DNA of 64,000 nt from Tardiphaga sp. (GTDB taxonomy: Bacteria; Pseudomonadota; Alphaproteobacteria; Rhizobiales; Xanthobacteraceae). Shown piece after piece: positions 27,687 through 37,805 of the stretch. Under the pieces are notes generated by a model. It made no database searches, had not been told where the DNA came from, and saw only the letters and a list, made by a program, of their open reading frames with translations. Both the position numbers and the translations under genes were made by a program. The stretch covers positions 5,694-69,693 of the forward strand of contig NZ_JAQGJT010000113.1 of assembly GCF_028290495.1 (NCBI RefSeq), read 5' to 3'. Each line of letters opens with the position of its first letter. The first letter of the stretch is position 1.

Positions 27687-28886
27687 ATGCTGTGGCAATC
27701 CGTTGCGACTGAATGGGCCAGTTTGATTTTTCGCTGGCTGCATGTGGTGGCGGCGATGGGATGGATCGGCAGTTCGTTTTACTTCATCGCGCTCGACCTC
27801 AGCCTGAAGCCGGGCCAGGGCCTGCCGGATGGCGTCAAGGGCGAGGCCTGGCAGGTGCATGGCGGCGGCTTCTACCGGATCGTCAAATATCTGGTCGCAC
27901 CTGCGGCGATGCCCAGTGAACTGACATGGTTCAAATGGGAGGCCTACACCACCTGGCTGTCCGGCTTCGTGCTCGTCATCATCGTCTATTACCTCGAGGC
28001 CGACCTGTTCCTGGTCGACAAGTCGGTGATGGATCTGACGCCGACCCAGGCCGGCTTGTTCAGCTTCGGCAGTCTTGTTCTGGCCTGGCTGCTCTACGAG
28101 GCGGCGTGCCGTTCGGGCCTCGCGCGCCATGAAGTGCCGTTCGCGATCGGCGGCTACCTGTTCCTGGTCGGGCTGACTTACGCCTTCACCCATGTGCTGA
28201 GCGGCCGCGGCGCCTTCAACCAGATTGGCGCCATCGTCGGCACCATCATGGTCGCCAATGTCTTCGCCACCATCATCCCGAACCAGAAGAAGATTGTCGC
28301 AGCCTTGCTGACGGGGCAGACGCCGGATCGCCGCTGGGGCGCGGCCGGGAAAGAGCGCTCGGTCCACAACAACTATCTGACGCTGCCGGTCATCGTGCTG
28401 ATGATCAGCAACCATTATCCCCTGCTGTTCGCGACCCGCTACAACTGGGCGATCGTCGCCATCGTGCTGGCGCTCGGCCCGGTGATCCGGCATTTCTTCA
28501 ATTCCCGCCACGCCGGCAAGCCGTCGCCGTGGTGGGTGTGGGGCGTCGCCGCCCTGGGCATGATCGCCATTTTCCTGCTGTCGGCGGCGGGCCCGCGCGA
28601 CGTCCAGACCGGCGCTGTGCCGGCGAAGGTGGACTTTGCGGCGGTGGAGGAGATCGTCTTGACCCGCTGCAGCATGTGCCATGCCGCGGAACCGGTGTGG
28701 GGCTCGATCACCACTGCGCCGAAAGCCATCCTGCTCGACGACGCCCGCCATATTCAACGCTATGCCCGCCTGATCGGCCGCAACGCGGCCTGGTCGAACG
28801 CCATGCCGCCGGGCAACGTCACGGAAATGACCGCTGCCGAGCGCGCCACCATTGCCGCCTGGCTGGCCACCGGGGCGACTAACTGA
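27687..28886 (+). CDS. puuD: Membrane urate hydroxylase PuuD with C-terminal cytochrome c
   Basis: RWLHV...WIGSSFYF, VHGGGFY, WFKWEAYTTWLSG, RSVHNNYLTLPV, heme motif CSMCH, MPPGN. Confidence 0.9.
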   Translation: MLWQSVATEWASLIFRWLHVVAAMGWIGSSFYFIALDLSLKPGQGLPDGVKGEAWQVHGGGFYRIVKYLVAPAAMPSELTWFKWEAYTTWLSGFVLVIIVYYLEADLFLVDKSVMDLTPTQAGLFSFGSLVLAWLLYEAACRSGLARHEVPFAIGGYLFLVGLTYAFTHVLSGRGAFNQIGAIVGTIMVANVFATIIPNQKKIVAALLTGQTPDRRWGAAGKERSVHNNYLTLPVIVLMISNHYPLLFATRYNWAIVAIVLALGPVIRHFFNSRHAGKPSPWWVWGVAALGMIAIFLLSAAGPRDVQTGAVPAKVDFAAVEEIVLTRCSMCHAAEPVWGSITTAPKAILLDDARHIQRYARLIGRNAAWSNAMPPGNVTEMTAAERATIAAWLATGATN

Positions 28887-29105
28887 CCCCTATTTTGATC
28901 GGCAGGTGAGGCGCAATTTTTCTTTCTGATAGGGGGGATCAAAATCGCGCGCGCTTTGTTGTCCGATGTTCCCCATTGGGCCGTCCATGCGGCGCTCCCG
29001 TGATCCCGCCGGCGATTCGAAGAGCGCGCGAATCCGTCATTTGACAAAATTGTTCGAACTGTTCGGATAGCTGTAAGTCCGGGCGGGTGAGCTGAGAATT
29101 AATTC

Positions 29106-31661
29106 ATGCCGGCGATCATCGATAACGTCGATCTGACGAATTGCGACCGTGAGCCTATCCACATCCCCGGCAGTATCCAGTCGCACGGTTGCCTGCTGGC
29201 TTGTGACGGCTCGGTGTCGGTGGTGCGCCGCCATTCGGTCAATACCGCCGCGGTGCTGGGTCTTGAAGGCCGCGAGATCAACGGCCGCATGCTCGACGAA
29301 CTGATCGGCGAGCGGGCGACCCACGACATCCGCAACGCCGTCGCCAGATGGGGCAATCTCGCGCGGCCCGGGCTCCTGCTAGATGTCAAGCTCGCGCATT
29401 CGCCGGGCACGTTCAATATCGCGGTGCACCGCCACCAGGGCATCCACATCGTTGAATTTGAGCCGTCGATCAATGCAGAAACTCCGCCGCCGCTGGAACT
29501 GGCGCGGCTGCTGATGGGACGGATCGGCCAGATCGCCGAACTCGACGCGCTGTTCGACAGTGCGGCGCGGCTGTTGCGCGCCGCGCTCGGCTATGACCGC
29601 GTGATGATCTACCGCTTCGCCCATGACGGCTCCGGCAAGGTCATCAGCGAAGCCAGGCGCAGCGACCTGGAGAGCTTTCATGGCCAGCATTTTCCGGCCA
29701 GCGACATTCCGCAGCAGGCGCGCGCGCTCTATTTGCAGAACACCCTGCGCATCGTTTCGGATTCGAGCGGCGAGCGTGTTGCGATCGAACCGGCGATCGA
29801 CGCGTCGGGCGAGCCGCTGGACCTGTCGTTTGCGCAGCTGCGCAGCGTCTCGGCGATCCATTGCGAATATCTCCGCAATATGGGGGTGGGCGCGTCGATG
29901 TCGATCTCCATCATCAGCGGCGGCGTGTTGTGGGGCCTGATTGCCTGCCACCACTATGAGCCGCGCGTCCTGCCGATGGAAAAGCGCATCGCCGCCGAAA
30001 TGTTCGGCGAGTTCTTCTCGCTGCAACTGGAGGCGCTGATCCAGAAGAGCCGCATCGAATCCAGCGCTCGCGCGCGCGATTTCCTGGATCGGCTGATGCA
30101 GAACATTTCGCCGCATGGCGAGGTCGAGGACCTGCTGCGCGACAGCGTGCCGGATTTCACCAGGCTGTTGCCCTGCGATGGCATCGGGCTCTTCATCAAC
30201 AAGACCTGGACGACTTTCGGCAGCGTGCCGCCGATGGTGGCGGTGCCGGCGTTGATGGCCTTCATCCGTTCGGTCGGGGAAGGCGGCGTCTGGGCCACCA
30301 GTGCCTTGAGCGAACGGTTGCCCGGTGCGGAAGATTATCGCGCGGAAGTATCCGGCGTGCTCGCGGTGCCGCTATCGCAGCTGCCGCGCGACTATCTGTT
30401 GTTCTTCCGCAAGGAAGTCGCACAGACCGTCAATTGGGGCGGCGATCCCAACAAACGCTACGAGAGCGGCCCGTTCGGCGACCGCCTGACGCCGCGCAGG
30501 AGTTTTGCGATCTGGAAGCAGGAGGTTGAGCGGCAATCGCAGCCCTGGCTCTCCAGCGAGCGCGATGCCGCCGAAGCCGCCCGCATGGCGCTGGTGGAAG
30601 TGGTGATGCGGCACGGCGAACTTCTGGCCGACGAGCGGCACAAGGCCGAGCTGCGCCAGAAGATGCTCAACGAAGAACTCAACCACCGCGTCAAGAACAT
30701 CCTGGCGCTGATCAAGTCGCTGGTCTCGCATCCGGTCGAGCAGGGCCGCAGCATCGAGGATTATGTGACGTCGCTGAAGGGCCGCATCCAGGCGCTGTCG
30801 CTGGCGCATGACCAGGTGATCCGCGGCGGCGGCGGCGGCGGTTTGCGCGAGTTGCTCGAGGCCGAGCTGTCGCCCTATCAGGACCATACGGCAGGGATTA
30901 CGCTCGACGGTCCCGACGTGCTGCTCGACGCGCGTGCCTTTTCCGTACTGGCGCTGGTGCTGCATGAGCTGGCCACCAACGCCGCCAAATACGGCGCGCT
31001 GTCGGTCCGCAACGGCCGGCTTTCACTGCAGTGGCAGCGCAATGCGCCGGGTGATTGCGAGGTCCATTGGCTGGAGCGCGACGGGCCGCGCCTCCGCCCG
31101 ATGGCGAAACCGGGATTCGGCTCGATGCTGATCGGCCGCAGCATCCCCTACGATCTCGGCGGCGAGAGCGAAGTCGATTACGAGGAGGAGGGCGCGCGCG
31201 TGCGGATGCTGATCCCCGGCCGCTTCGTCACCTGGCCGATGTCGCAGGCGAAGCAGTCGATCCCCGTCGATGTCGCCGACCACACGCCGCAGACCTCGAT
31301 GCGCGGCCTGGGCATCCTGATGGTCGAGGACCAGTTGCTGATCGCGATGGATGTGCAGACCATGCTGGCGCGCGAGGGAGCTGCCACCGTCGAGACCGCA
31401 TCCTCGGTGAAGGAGGCGCTGCATGGTTTGACGATCTTCCACCCCGACGTCGCGATCCTCGATGTCAATCTCGGAAGTGGCAATTCGCTGCCGGTGGCGC
31501 ATGCGCTGCTGTCGCGCAACATCCCCTTCGTGTTCGCCACCGGCTACGGCGACACCAGCCTGATCCCCCCGGAGTTCGGCCACGTGCCGATCGTGCGCAA
31601 GCCCTACGACGTCACGGCGCTGGTCGCGGCCCTGACGGTGGCAATGGGGAAGCAAGGGTAG
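29106..31661 (+). CDS. Bacteriophytochrome PAS-GAF-PHY-HWE kinase-REC (Agp2-type architecture)
   Basis: DLTNCDREPIHIPGSIQ (biliverdin Cys), PASDIP, PRRSF, ELNHRVKN, HELATNAAKYGAL, W.E.DGP, REC with FATGY. Confidence 0.95.
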   Translation: MPAIIDNVDLTNCDREPIHIPGSIQSHGCLLACDGSVSVVRRHSVNTAAVLGLEGREINGRMLDELIGERATHDIRNAVARWGNLARPGLLLDVKLAHSPGTFNIAVHRHQGIHIVEFEPSINAETPPPLELARLLMGRIGQIAELDALFDSAARLLRAALGYDRVMIYRFAHDGSGKVISEARRSDLESFHGQHFPASDIPQQARALYLQNTLRIVSDSSGERVAIEPAIDASGEPLDLSFAQLRSVSAIHCEYLRNMGVGASMSISIISGGVLWGLIACHHYEPRVLPMEKRIAAEMFGEFFSLQLEALIQKSRIESSARARDFLDRLMQNISPHGEVEDLLRDSVPDFTRLLPCDGIGLFINKTWTTFGSVPPMVAVPALMAFIRSVGEGGVWATSALSERLPGAEDYRAEVSGVLAVPLSQLPRDYLLFFRKEVAQTVNWGGDPNKRYESGPFGDRLTPRRSFAIWKQEVERQSQPWLSSERDAAEAARMALVEVVMRHGELLADERHKAELRQKMLNEELNHRVKNILALIKSLVSHPVEQGRSIEDYVTSLKGRIQALSLAHDQVIRGGGGGGLRELLEAELSPYQDHTAGITLDGPDVLLDARAFSVLALVLHELATNAAKYGALSVRNGRLSLQWQRNAPGDCEVHWLERDGPRLRPMAKPGFGSMLIGRSIPYDLGGESEVDYEEEGARVRMLIPGRFVTWPMSQAKQSIPVDVADHTPQTSMRGLGILMVEDQLLIAMDVQTMLAREGAATVETASSVKEALHGLTIFHPDVAILDVNLGSGNSLPVAHALLSRNIPFVFATGYGDTSLIPPEFGHVPIVRKPYDVTALVAALTVAMGKQG

Positions 31662-31706
31662 GCGCGGCGTCACGTCCCGCGCCTCGATTGGATGGCCGAC
31701 ACAGGC

Positions 31707-31751
31707 CGTGGTTCGAGACGCGCGCCAGGTGGCGCGCTCCTCACCATGAGG
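31707..31751. repeat. REP half-element of the CCTCACCATGAGG type
   Basis: CGTGGTTCGAGACGCGCGCC...GGCGCGCTCCTCACCATGAGG between convergent genes. Confidence 0.7.
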
Positions 31752-31782
31752 ATGGTGGTCGGGTCGATGGCAATGCCAGCCG

Positions 31783-33201
31783 CTACTGTCCCGACGGCGT
31801 GCGCAGTCCGTGCCAGGCGTCGCGGACCTGATGGTAGTGCACTTCGGGCAGGTAGTCCGGCGTGTTGAGGCCGAGCGACTTGACGTCGAGCCGGCCGATC
31901 GCGCTGAGCAGCGAATAGGAGGCGATGACGCGGTCGCGCTGCGAGCCGATCAGGCGGGCTTTCGCCGAGACCAGATCCTGCTGTGCGTTCAGGGCATCGA
32001 CCGTGGTGCGCTGGCCGCTCTGGGTCTCGCGCAGCACGCCCTGCAACGCTACGCCGGCGGCGCGGACTTCGGCTTCGGCGGCGCTGACCGCCGTCTTGGC
32101 GCCTTCGTTGGAAACCCAGGCGGCAGTGGCCGCGGTGCGGGCCTGGTTGCGCACCTGATCGAGCACCAGACGGCTTTGCGTCGAGAGTTCCTTGGCCTGC
32201 CGGGTTTGGGCCGCGGCAAGGCCGCCATCATAGATCGGCGCGTTCAACTGGCCGACGATCGAGGCCTGGTCGGTGCCGAAGGTGCCGAGCGTCGGATCGG
32301 AATCGCGCGAGCGGCTGGCGCTGCCCTGCAGCGTTACGGTCGGCAGCAGGCTGCTTTCAGCGAGCTTGATCGTGGTCGTGGCGACATCGACGTCGAAACC
32401 CGCGGCGATCACCGCCGGATGGCCCTTGAAGGCCTGCGCGATGGCGTCCTCGCGGCTGCGCGGCAGCAGGCGGTCCATCGGCTCGGCCGGGCTCAGCCGC
32501 TGCGGCGCCTGGCCGATCACCTGCATATAGGTTGCCTGGCTGATCGCGAGATTGACTTCGGCGGCATTGAGGTCGGCCTGGCCGCGCGCGAGCCGCGCTT
32601 CGGCCTGCGAGGCATCGGTCGGCGTGACGTCGCCGGCATTGAGCCGCTTCTGCGCGATGCCCAGCGTTTCCTTCAACGAGGTGACGTTGGCGCGCTGCGC
32701 TTCGACCAGCGACTGGTTGGCGAGCACGTTGGTATAGGCGATCACGGCATCGAGTAGCACGCCCTGGCCGACATTGCGCAGCGCCTCGCGGCCGGACTGC
32801 ACCTGCGCCTCGGCGACGCGGACGCTGTTGGCGGTCTTGTTGCCGTTGTATAACGTTTGCGTGACGGTGACGCCGATCGTCCACGGCTTCAGCGTAGCGC
32901 CTGCGATGGTATTGTCGACCAGCAGGTTGCGCACCGCCTGCAGGCCGTAGCCCAAAGTGGCGGCGATCTGCGGCCGGTAGCCGGCCATCGCCTGCGGCAC
33001 GTTCTCGTCGGTGGCGCGTTGCCGCGCCCGCTCGGCATTCAATTGCGGATTGGACTGATAGGCCTTGGCGAGCGCTTCCGGAACGGTCTCGGCATGCGCC
33101 GCGGCCACAGCGAAGGCGCTGCAGCCGGAGAGGCCGATCACCATGCCTGCGCGAAGCACGCGATGTGCAGCGAGGCGAAATCTCCCGTGAACCCGAATCA
33201 T
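31783..33201 (-). CDS. TolC family outer membrane protein
   Basis: AYQSNPQLNAERA, AGYRP, GDVTPTD..QAEAR, GQRTTVD.LNAQQ; exact start uncertain. Confidence 0.92.
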   Translation of the reverse strand: MIRVHGRFRLAAHRVLRAGMVIGLSGCSAFAVAAAHAETVPEALAKAYQSNPQLNAERARQRATDENVPQAMAGYRPQIAATLGYGLQAVRNLLVDNTIAGATLKPWTIGVTVTQTLYNGNKTANSVRVAEAQVQSGREALRNVGQGVLLDAVIAYTNVLANQSLVEAQRANVTSLKETLGIAQKRLNAGDVTPTDASQAEARLARGQADLNAAEVNLAISQATYMQVIGQAPQRLSPAEPMDRLLPRSREDAIAQAFKGHPAVIAAGFDVDVATTTIKLAESSLLPTVTLQGSASRSRDSDPTLGTFGTDQASIVGQLNAPIYDGGLAAAQTRQAKELSTQSRLVLDQVRNQARTAATAAWVSNEGAKTAVSAAEAEVRAAGVALQGVLRETQSGQRTTVDALNAQQDLVSAKARLIGSQRDRVIASYSLLSAIGRLDVKSLGLNTPDYLPEVHYHQVRDAWHGLRTPSGQ

Positions 33202-33527
33202 TTTATCCCAAAGCAATTTTGGACATCCGCCCCGGCCGACGTCGCTTGTATATGTAGAGGGCGTTGCCATCGCAGGCAAACCATCCGGCGACCATCCCGC
33301 ACGCTTTGGCGTGTTCCCCACAGGGCATTTCAATGCGCGATTTGCTTGATTGATCAAAACCCTAGCGGCAAATGCCGGGTGCGGGAATGTGACAACAAGC
33401 CGGTGTCCATACGAAGCCGTGTGTTGCTTGTCAGACACATTTCTGAATAACACGCGCGCAATGGTAACAGCGTCTGCGCAGCCGCGCGATCCCGTGCGGG
33501 CGTGCGATGTTGCCAGCTGGAATAGCC

Positions 33528-35378
33528 ATGCCGAAACTATTTGCCGACCCCGAAGCCATCGCGGAAGACATCATTCGCGATGTCGGCACCACGCTGGTGG
33601 TCGGTCTGCCGCTCGGCCTCGGCAAGGCCAACCATGTCGTCAACGCGCTGTACCGTCGCGCGGCGGCCGACCGCAGCATCCGCCTGACCTTGTTCTCGGC
33701 GCTGACGCTGGAGAAGCCGAAGCCATCCGCCGAACTGGAGCGGCGCTTCATCGCGCCGGTGATCGATCGGCTGTTCGGCGGCTATCCCGATCTCGATTAT
33801 GCCGGCGCGTTACACGCCGACGCATTGCCCGAAAATATCGAGGTGATCGAGTTCTTCTTCCTCGCCGGCAAATGGTTGCGCGTGCCGCACGCGCAGCAGA
33901 ACTACATTTCAGCGAACTACACCCATGCGGCGTCCTATCTGCTCGCGCGCGGGCTCAACGTCATCACGCAGCTGGTGGCCAGGCGCATCGTCGATGGCGA
34001 GCCGCGCTACAGCTTGAGCTGCAACACCGACACCACGCTAGACCTGATGCGCGCCCGCGCGGAAGGCCGCGCCTCGTTCAAGCTGATCGGGCAGGTGAAT
34101 TCAGAGCTGCCGTTCATGCCGGGGCCGGGCGATCTGGATGGCTCCGACTTCAGCGCGGTGCTCGATAGTGCTGCGACCGACTTTCCGTTGTTCGCGCCGC
34201 CGTCGGAACCGGTCAGCGACACCAAATATGCGATCGGCCTGCACGCCGCGGGTCTGGTGCGCGACGGCGGCACGTTGCAGATCGGCATCGGCCAGGTCGG
34301 CGACGCGCTGGCGCAGGGGCTGATCATCCGGCACCGCGACAATGCGGCGTATCGCGACGTCATGGCGCGGCTTTCGCCGGATGCGAGGGGTGTCGAGGTG
34401 GGGACGTTCGAGAAGGGGCTGTACGGCGTCAGCGAGATGCTGTTCGAGGCGTTCCTCGGGCTGATCGATGCCGACGTGCTGAAGCGCGAGATCGACGGCG
34501 TCATTCTGCACGGCGCGTTTTTCCTCGGCCCGAAATCGTTCTACACGTCATTGCGCGAGCGGGCGCCGGAGCGGCTGGCGAAAATCCGGATGATGCCGGT
34601 GTCGTTCACCAACGAACTGTACGGCGATGAAGCATCCAAGCGCGCCGCGCGCGTCGATGCGCGCTTCGTCAACAACACGATGATGGCGACCTTGCTGGGC
34701 GCGGCGGTGTCCGACGGGCTCGAAAACGGCCAGGTCGTCAGCGGCGTCGGCGGCCAGTATAATTTCGTTTCGCAAGCCTTTGCGCTGGAAGGCGCGCGCT
34801 CGATCCTGACGCTGGAGGCGACCCGCGCCGGCCGCAAGCCCGCGTCCAACATCCGCTGGAGCTATGGCCACGAGACCATCCCGCGGCATCTGCGCGATAT
34901 CGTCATCACCGAATACGGCGTCGCCGATCTCCGCGGCAGGTCGGACGCCGAAGTGATCGCCGCGATGCTGTCGGTTGCGGATTCGCGCTTCCAGCCCGAA
35001 CTGATGCGACAGGCCAAGGACGCCGGCAAGCTGCCGAAGCATTTCGAGATCGCAGCCTTGCATCGCGACAACACGCCGGAGCGCGTTGCCACGGCGCTGA
35101 AGCCGGCACGTGACGCCGGGCTGCTGCCGATGTTTCCATTCGGTAGTGATTTCACGGAAGTGGAGCAGCGCCTGATCCCGGCCTTGCAGGTGCTGAGCGC
35201 GGCACTGGATTCGCCGCAGCGTCTGGCGGCCATGCTGTGGCAAGGTGTGACGCGCAAGGCGGACGTGGAGGACGAGGCGTGTCTTGCAAGACTCGGCCTC
35301 GATGCACCGGCGACGCTGAAAGACCGCGCCTACCGCGCGCTGGTGAGCGCGGCTCTGATGCGGAGCAGGGCGAAGTAA
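33528..35378 (+). CDS. Acetyl-CoA hydrolase/transferase family protein
   Basis: LPLGLGK, GGTLQIGIG, VSGVGGQYNF, VITEYGVADLRG. Confidence 0.9.
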   Translation: MPKLFADPEAIAEDIIRDVGTTLVVGLPLGLGKANHVVNALYRRAAADRSIRLTLFSALTLEKPKPSAELERRFIAPVIDRLFGGYPDLDYAGALHADALPENIEVIEFFFLAGKWLRVPHAQQNYISANYTHAASYLLARGLNVITQLVARRIVDGEPRYSLSCNTDTTLDLMRARAEGRASFKLIGQVNSELPFMPGPGDLDGSDFSAVLDSAATDFPLFAPPSEPVSDTKYAIGLHAAGLVRDGGTLQIGIGQVGDALAQGLIIRHRDNAAYRDVMARLSPDARGVEVGTFEKGLYGVSEMLFEAFLGLIDADVLKREIDGVILHGAFFLGPKSFYTSLRERAPERLAKIRMMPVSFTNELYGDEASKRAARVDARFVNNTMMATLLGAAVSDGLENGQVVSGVGGQYNFVSQAFALEGARSILTLEATRAGRKPASNIRWSYGHETIPRHLRDIVITEYGVADLRGRSDAEVIAAMLSVADSRFQPELMRQAKDAGKLPKHFEIAALHRDNTPERVATALKPARDAGLLPMFPFGSDFTEVEQRLIPALQVLSAALDSPQRLAAMLWQGVTRKADVEDEACLARLGLDAPATLKDRAYRALVSAALMRSRAK

Positions 35379-35385
35379 TTTGTTC

Positions 35386-35433
35386 GCCTCTCCACCATCG
35401 TCCCCGCTTTCGTGGGGACGATGGTGGAGAGGC
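35386..35433. repeat. 22-bp-stem hairpin (REP-derived, likely bidirectional terminator)
   Basis: GCCTCTCCACCATCGTCCCCGC-TTTC-GTGGGGACGATGGTGGAGAGGC between convergent genes. Confidence 0.8.
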
Positions 35434-35449
35434 TCGTCGCTTCCCGCTA

Positions 35450-36229
35450 TCAGCGGTTCTTGTTCACCGGCTTGCGCTTCTCGATGAAGGCAGCCATGCC
35501 TTCGGAGCGGTCTTCCAGCGCGAACGTCGCGTGGAACAGGTCGCGCTCGACCTTGAGGCCTTCGGTGAGCGGCGTCTCGAATGCGCGGTTGACGGCGTTC
35601 TTGGCCATCGAGGCCACCGGACGCGACATCGCGGCGATCTTCTCCGCCATCGCGATGACTTCTTCCATCAACTTGTCGGCCGGCACGACGCGGCTGACGA
35701 GGCCCGCGCGTTCGGCTTCCGTGGCGTCCATCATGCGACCGGTGAGGCACAGGTCCATCGCCTTGGATTTGCCGATCGCGCGCGTCAGGCGCTGCGTGCC
35801 GCCGATGCCGGGAATGGTGCCGAGCGTGATTTCCGGCTGGCCGAATTTCGCAGTGTCGGACGCGATGATGATGTCGCACATCATCGCCAGTTCGCAGCCG
35901 CCGCCCAGCGCGTAGCCGGATACGGCTGCGATGGTCGGCTTGCGGCATGTCGCGACGCGGTCGCCGCCAATCTGTGTGAAGTCGCTCGAATACATGTCGA
36001 TGAAGCTCTTCGGCTGCATCTCCTTGATGTCGGCGCCGGCGGCGAACGCCTTCTCGCTGCCGGTGACGATGATGCAGCCGATCGCATCATCCGCTTCCAG
36101 TTCATCGATCGCGATGCGGATTTCGCTGAACACGCCGAACGACAAAGCGTTGAGCATCTTCGGACGGTTGAGCTTGAGAATGCCGACCGCACCCTGGCGC
36201 TCGACGATGATGTGTTCGAAGTCGCTCAT
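35450..36229 (-). CDS. Enoyl-CoA hydratase
   Basis: [43 protein letters not shown]. Confidence 0.95.
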   Translation of the reverse strand: MSDFEHIIVERQGAVGILKLNRPKMLNALSFGVFSEIRIAIDELEADDAIGCIIVTGSEKAFAAGADIKEMQPKSFIDMYSSDFTQIGGDRVATCRKPTIAAVSGYALGGGCELAMMCDIIIASDTAKFGQPEITLGTIPGIGGTQRLTRAIGKSKAMDLCLTGRMMDATEAERAGLVSRVVPADKLMEEVIAMAEKIAAMSRPVASMAKNAVNRAFETPLTEGLKVERDLFHATFALEDRSEGMAAFIEKRKPVNKNR

Positions 36230-36331
36230 GTTTCTTCCCGCATGGTTCGTGGCGGCCCGGTTCGGCCGCCGCGCAATGTGGGCGAAGAAGGCGGGCGGTT
36301 CAAGGCCCGAAGGCCACCGCCCGGAACGGCG

Positions 36332-37012
36332 TCAGGCCATGAACATCCGCGCCGCCGAGGCCATCGTCAGCAGGCCGCCGAAGGCAATGAAAACCTTGCC
36401 GATCAGCGAGGTCTTGTCCCAGGTCGAGTTGTCGGCGGAGGTCGCCGCGACAGGCGGATCGATGGTGGCGCTGGCCAGCGTCAATGCGGGGCGGTCACTG
36501 TCGGCGTTGCGGTCGATCTCGTTGAGTTCGTCGGCGGCAACCAGCTTCGCGGCAGGATCCGTCGGGCCGATCACGTCCTGCCGGGGTTCGGCTCCGACCG
36601 ATTTCAGCAGCGCGTCGGCCTGCAGCGGACCGGGCGGTACCGGCACAGCCTGTGTGAACGGATCCAGCGTCGAATCGGGGAACAGCTGTGCGTTCGCATT
36701 GGCGATAGAGGCGGGCAGCATGGCTGGGGAGGCGGTCTCAGTCGGCGTATCCGAGGGCACGGCTTCGGAGGCTTTGGTCCTGGCGCTCTTGACCTTGTCG
36801 GCGTGGCTGCTGGACGCGTCCTTCTTTCTGGAACTGTGATGCCTGGTATATTTCTTCAGCGCGATCGGCTTGCCCGCCGGCGCTTCCGAGGCCTCGGTGG
36901 TCGCGGCCGGTTCCGCATTTTGCGCCGACGCCTGCGTGACGTGACCCGCGACGCCGATCCACAACCCTGTGGCGAGGATCAAGGCCGTCCGGCCGGTGAA
37001 TGTGATGTTCAT
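36332..37012 (-). CDS. Exported hypothetical protein with C-terminal membrane anchor
   Basis: Signal peptide, Ala/Pro/Ser-rich body, tail SLIGKVFIAFGGLLTMASAARMFMA; SD GGGGAG. Confidence 0.75.
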   Translation of the reverse strand: MNITFTGRTALILATGLWIGVAGHVTQASAQNAEPAATTEASEAPAGKPIALKKYTRHHSSRKKDASSSHADKVKSARTKASEAVPSDTPTETASPAMLPASIANANAQLFPDSTLDPFTQAVPVPPGPLQADALLKSVGAEPRQDVIGPTDPAAKLVAADELNEIDRNADSDRPALTLASATIDPPVAATSADNSTWDKTSLIGKVFIAFGGLLTMASAARMFMA

Positions 37013-37215
37013 GGCAATCTCCCCGAAATGCCCGCTCCCGATGGCGCCAAGGGAAGCTGCGCGCGTGTTCACAGCAGGGCAGAAAAGGGGAATTTTCGCG
37101 TAACTCCGGCGAAAACGCGGCAGTTTCCGGCGCTGTGCCGGATCACAGGAATAGTGGTATGAACCGGGTCTGTTCTTGGCCGGATCATGTTGCCGCCGTA
37201 TTTTTTTGGCTGCGC

Positions 37216-37240
37216 GTAACAAACCGGAAATCAGACCGAA
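37216..37240 (+). promoter_or_regulatory. ECF16 (SigF/EcfF)-type autoregulatory promoter
   Basis: GTAACA-N15-CGAA about 20 bp before the sigma start. Confidence 0.7.
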
Positions 37241-37259
37241 TGGCTTTACAGGAGCGCGT

Positions 37260-37805
37260 GTGCGCGGACGCGAAGACCAATGGACCGATCTGATGCGGTC
37301 GGCCAATGCGGGCGATGATGTCGCGTATCATCGTCTGCTGAAGTCGGTCGCGCCGGTGCTGCGCGTGGGCGCGCGGAGCGGCTTGGCGCGGGCCGGCCAG
37401 CCGCCCGATCAGGCCGAGGATATCGTGCAGGACATTTTGCTGGCGGTGCATCTGAAGCGGCACACGTGGAAGCCCGAAGCGCCGTTCGCGCCGTGGCTGT
37501 TTGCGATCGCGCGCAACAAGCTGATCGACGCGCTGCGCCGGCGCGGTCGCCGGGTGTTCGTTAATATCGATGATTTCGCCGAGGTGATCCCGAGCGAGGA
37601 GCCGGCGGAGACGCTGCCGCCAGGCGAGATCGCCACGCATCTGGCGGGCCTGCCTTCGCGGCAGCGCGAGGTGCTGCAATCGATCGCGGTGGACAGCGCC
37701 TCGATCAAGGACACCGCGTTGAGGATGTCGATGACCGAGGGCGCGGTGCGCGTGGCGTTGCACCGCGCCCTGGCAAAGCTCGCGGCGGGATTGCGAAGGG
37801 AATGA
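37260..37805 (+). CDS. ECF sigma factor, ECF16 (SigF/EcfF-like)
   Basis: AEDIVQDILLAVHLKRHTW, PWLFAIARNKLID, AVRVALHR; GTG start after AGGAG; followed by an NrsF-type gene. Confidence 0.9.
   Translation: MRGREDQWTDLMRSANAGDDVAYHRLLKSVAPVLRVGARSGLARAGQPPDQAEDIVQDILLAVHLKRHTWKPEAPFAPWLFAIARNKLIDALRRRGRRVFVNIDDFAEVIPSEEPAETLPPGEIATHLAGLPSRQREVLQSIAVDSASIKDTALRMSMTEGAVRVALHRALAKLAAGLRRE

Noticed and set aside
29052-29064. GTTC-N5-GTTC as a LexA box upstream of the phytochrome
   Set aside because: The spacer is 5 nt, not the required 7.
33202-33453. N-terminal extension of tolC in the ORF track, and similar extensions at 1321-1404, 37013-37306, 51270-51341 and 62764-63072
   Set aside because: They lie upstream of the recognisable family start or signal peptide, or run into repeats and neighbouring genes.
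37160-37186. TGAACC-N17-GATC as a fourth copy of the ECF motif
   Set aside because: The -10 part lacks GAC and the leading GT is missing; the ECF16-type promoter at 37216 explains this gene better.
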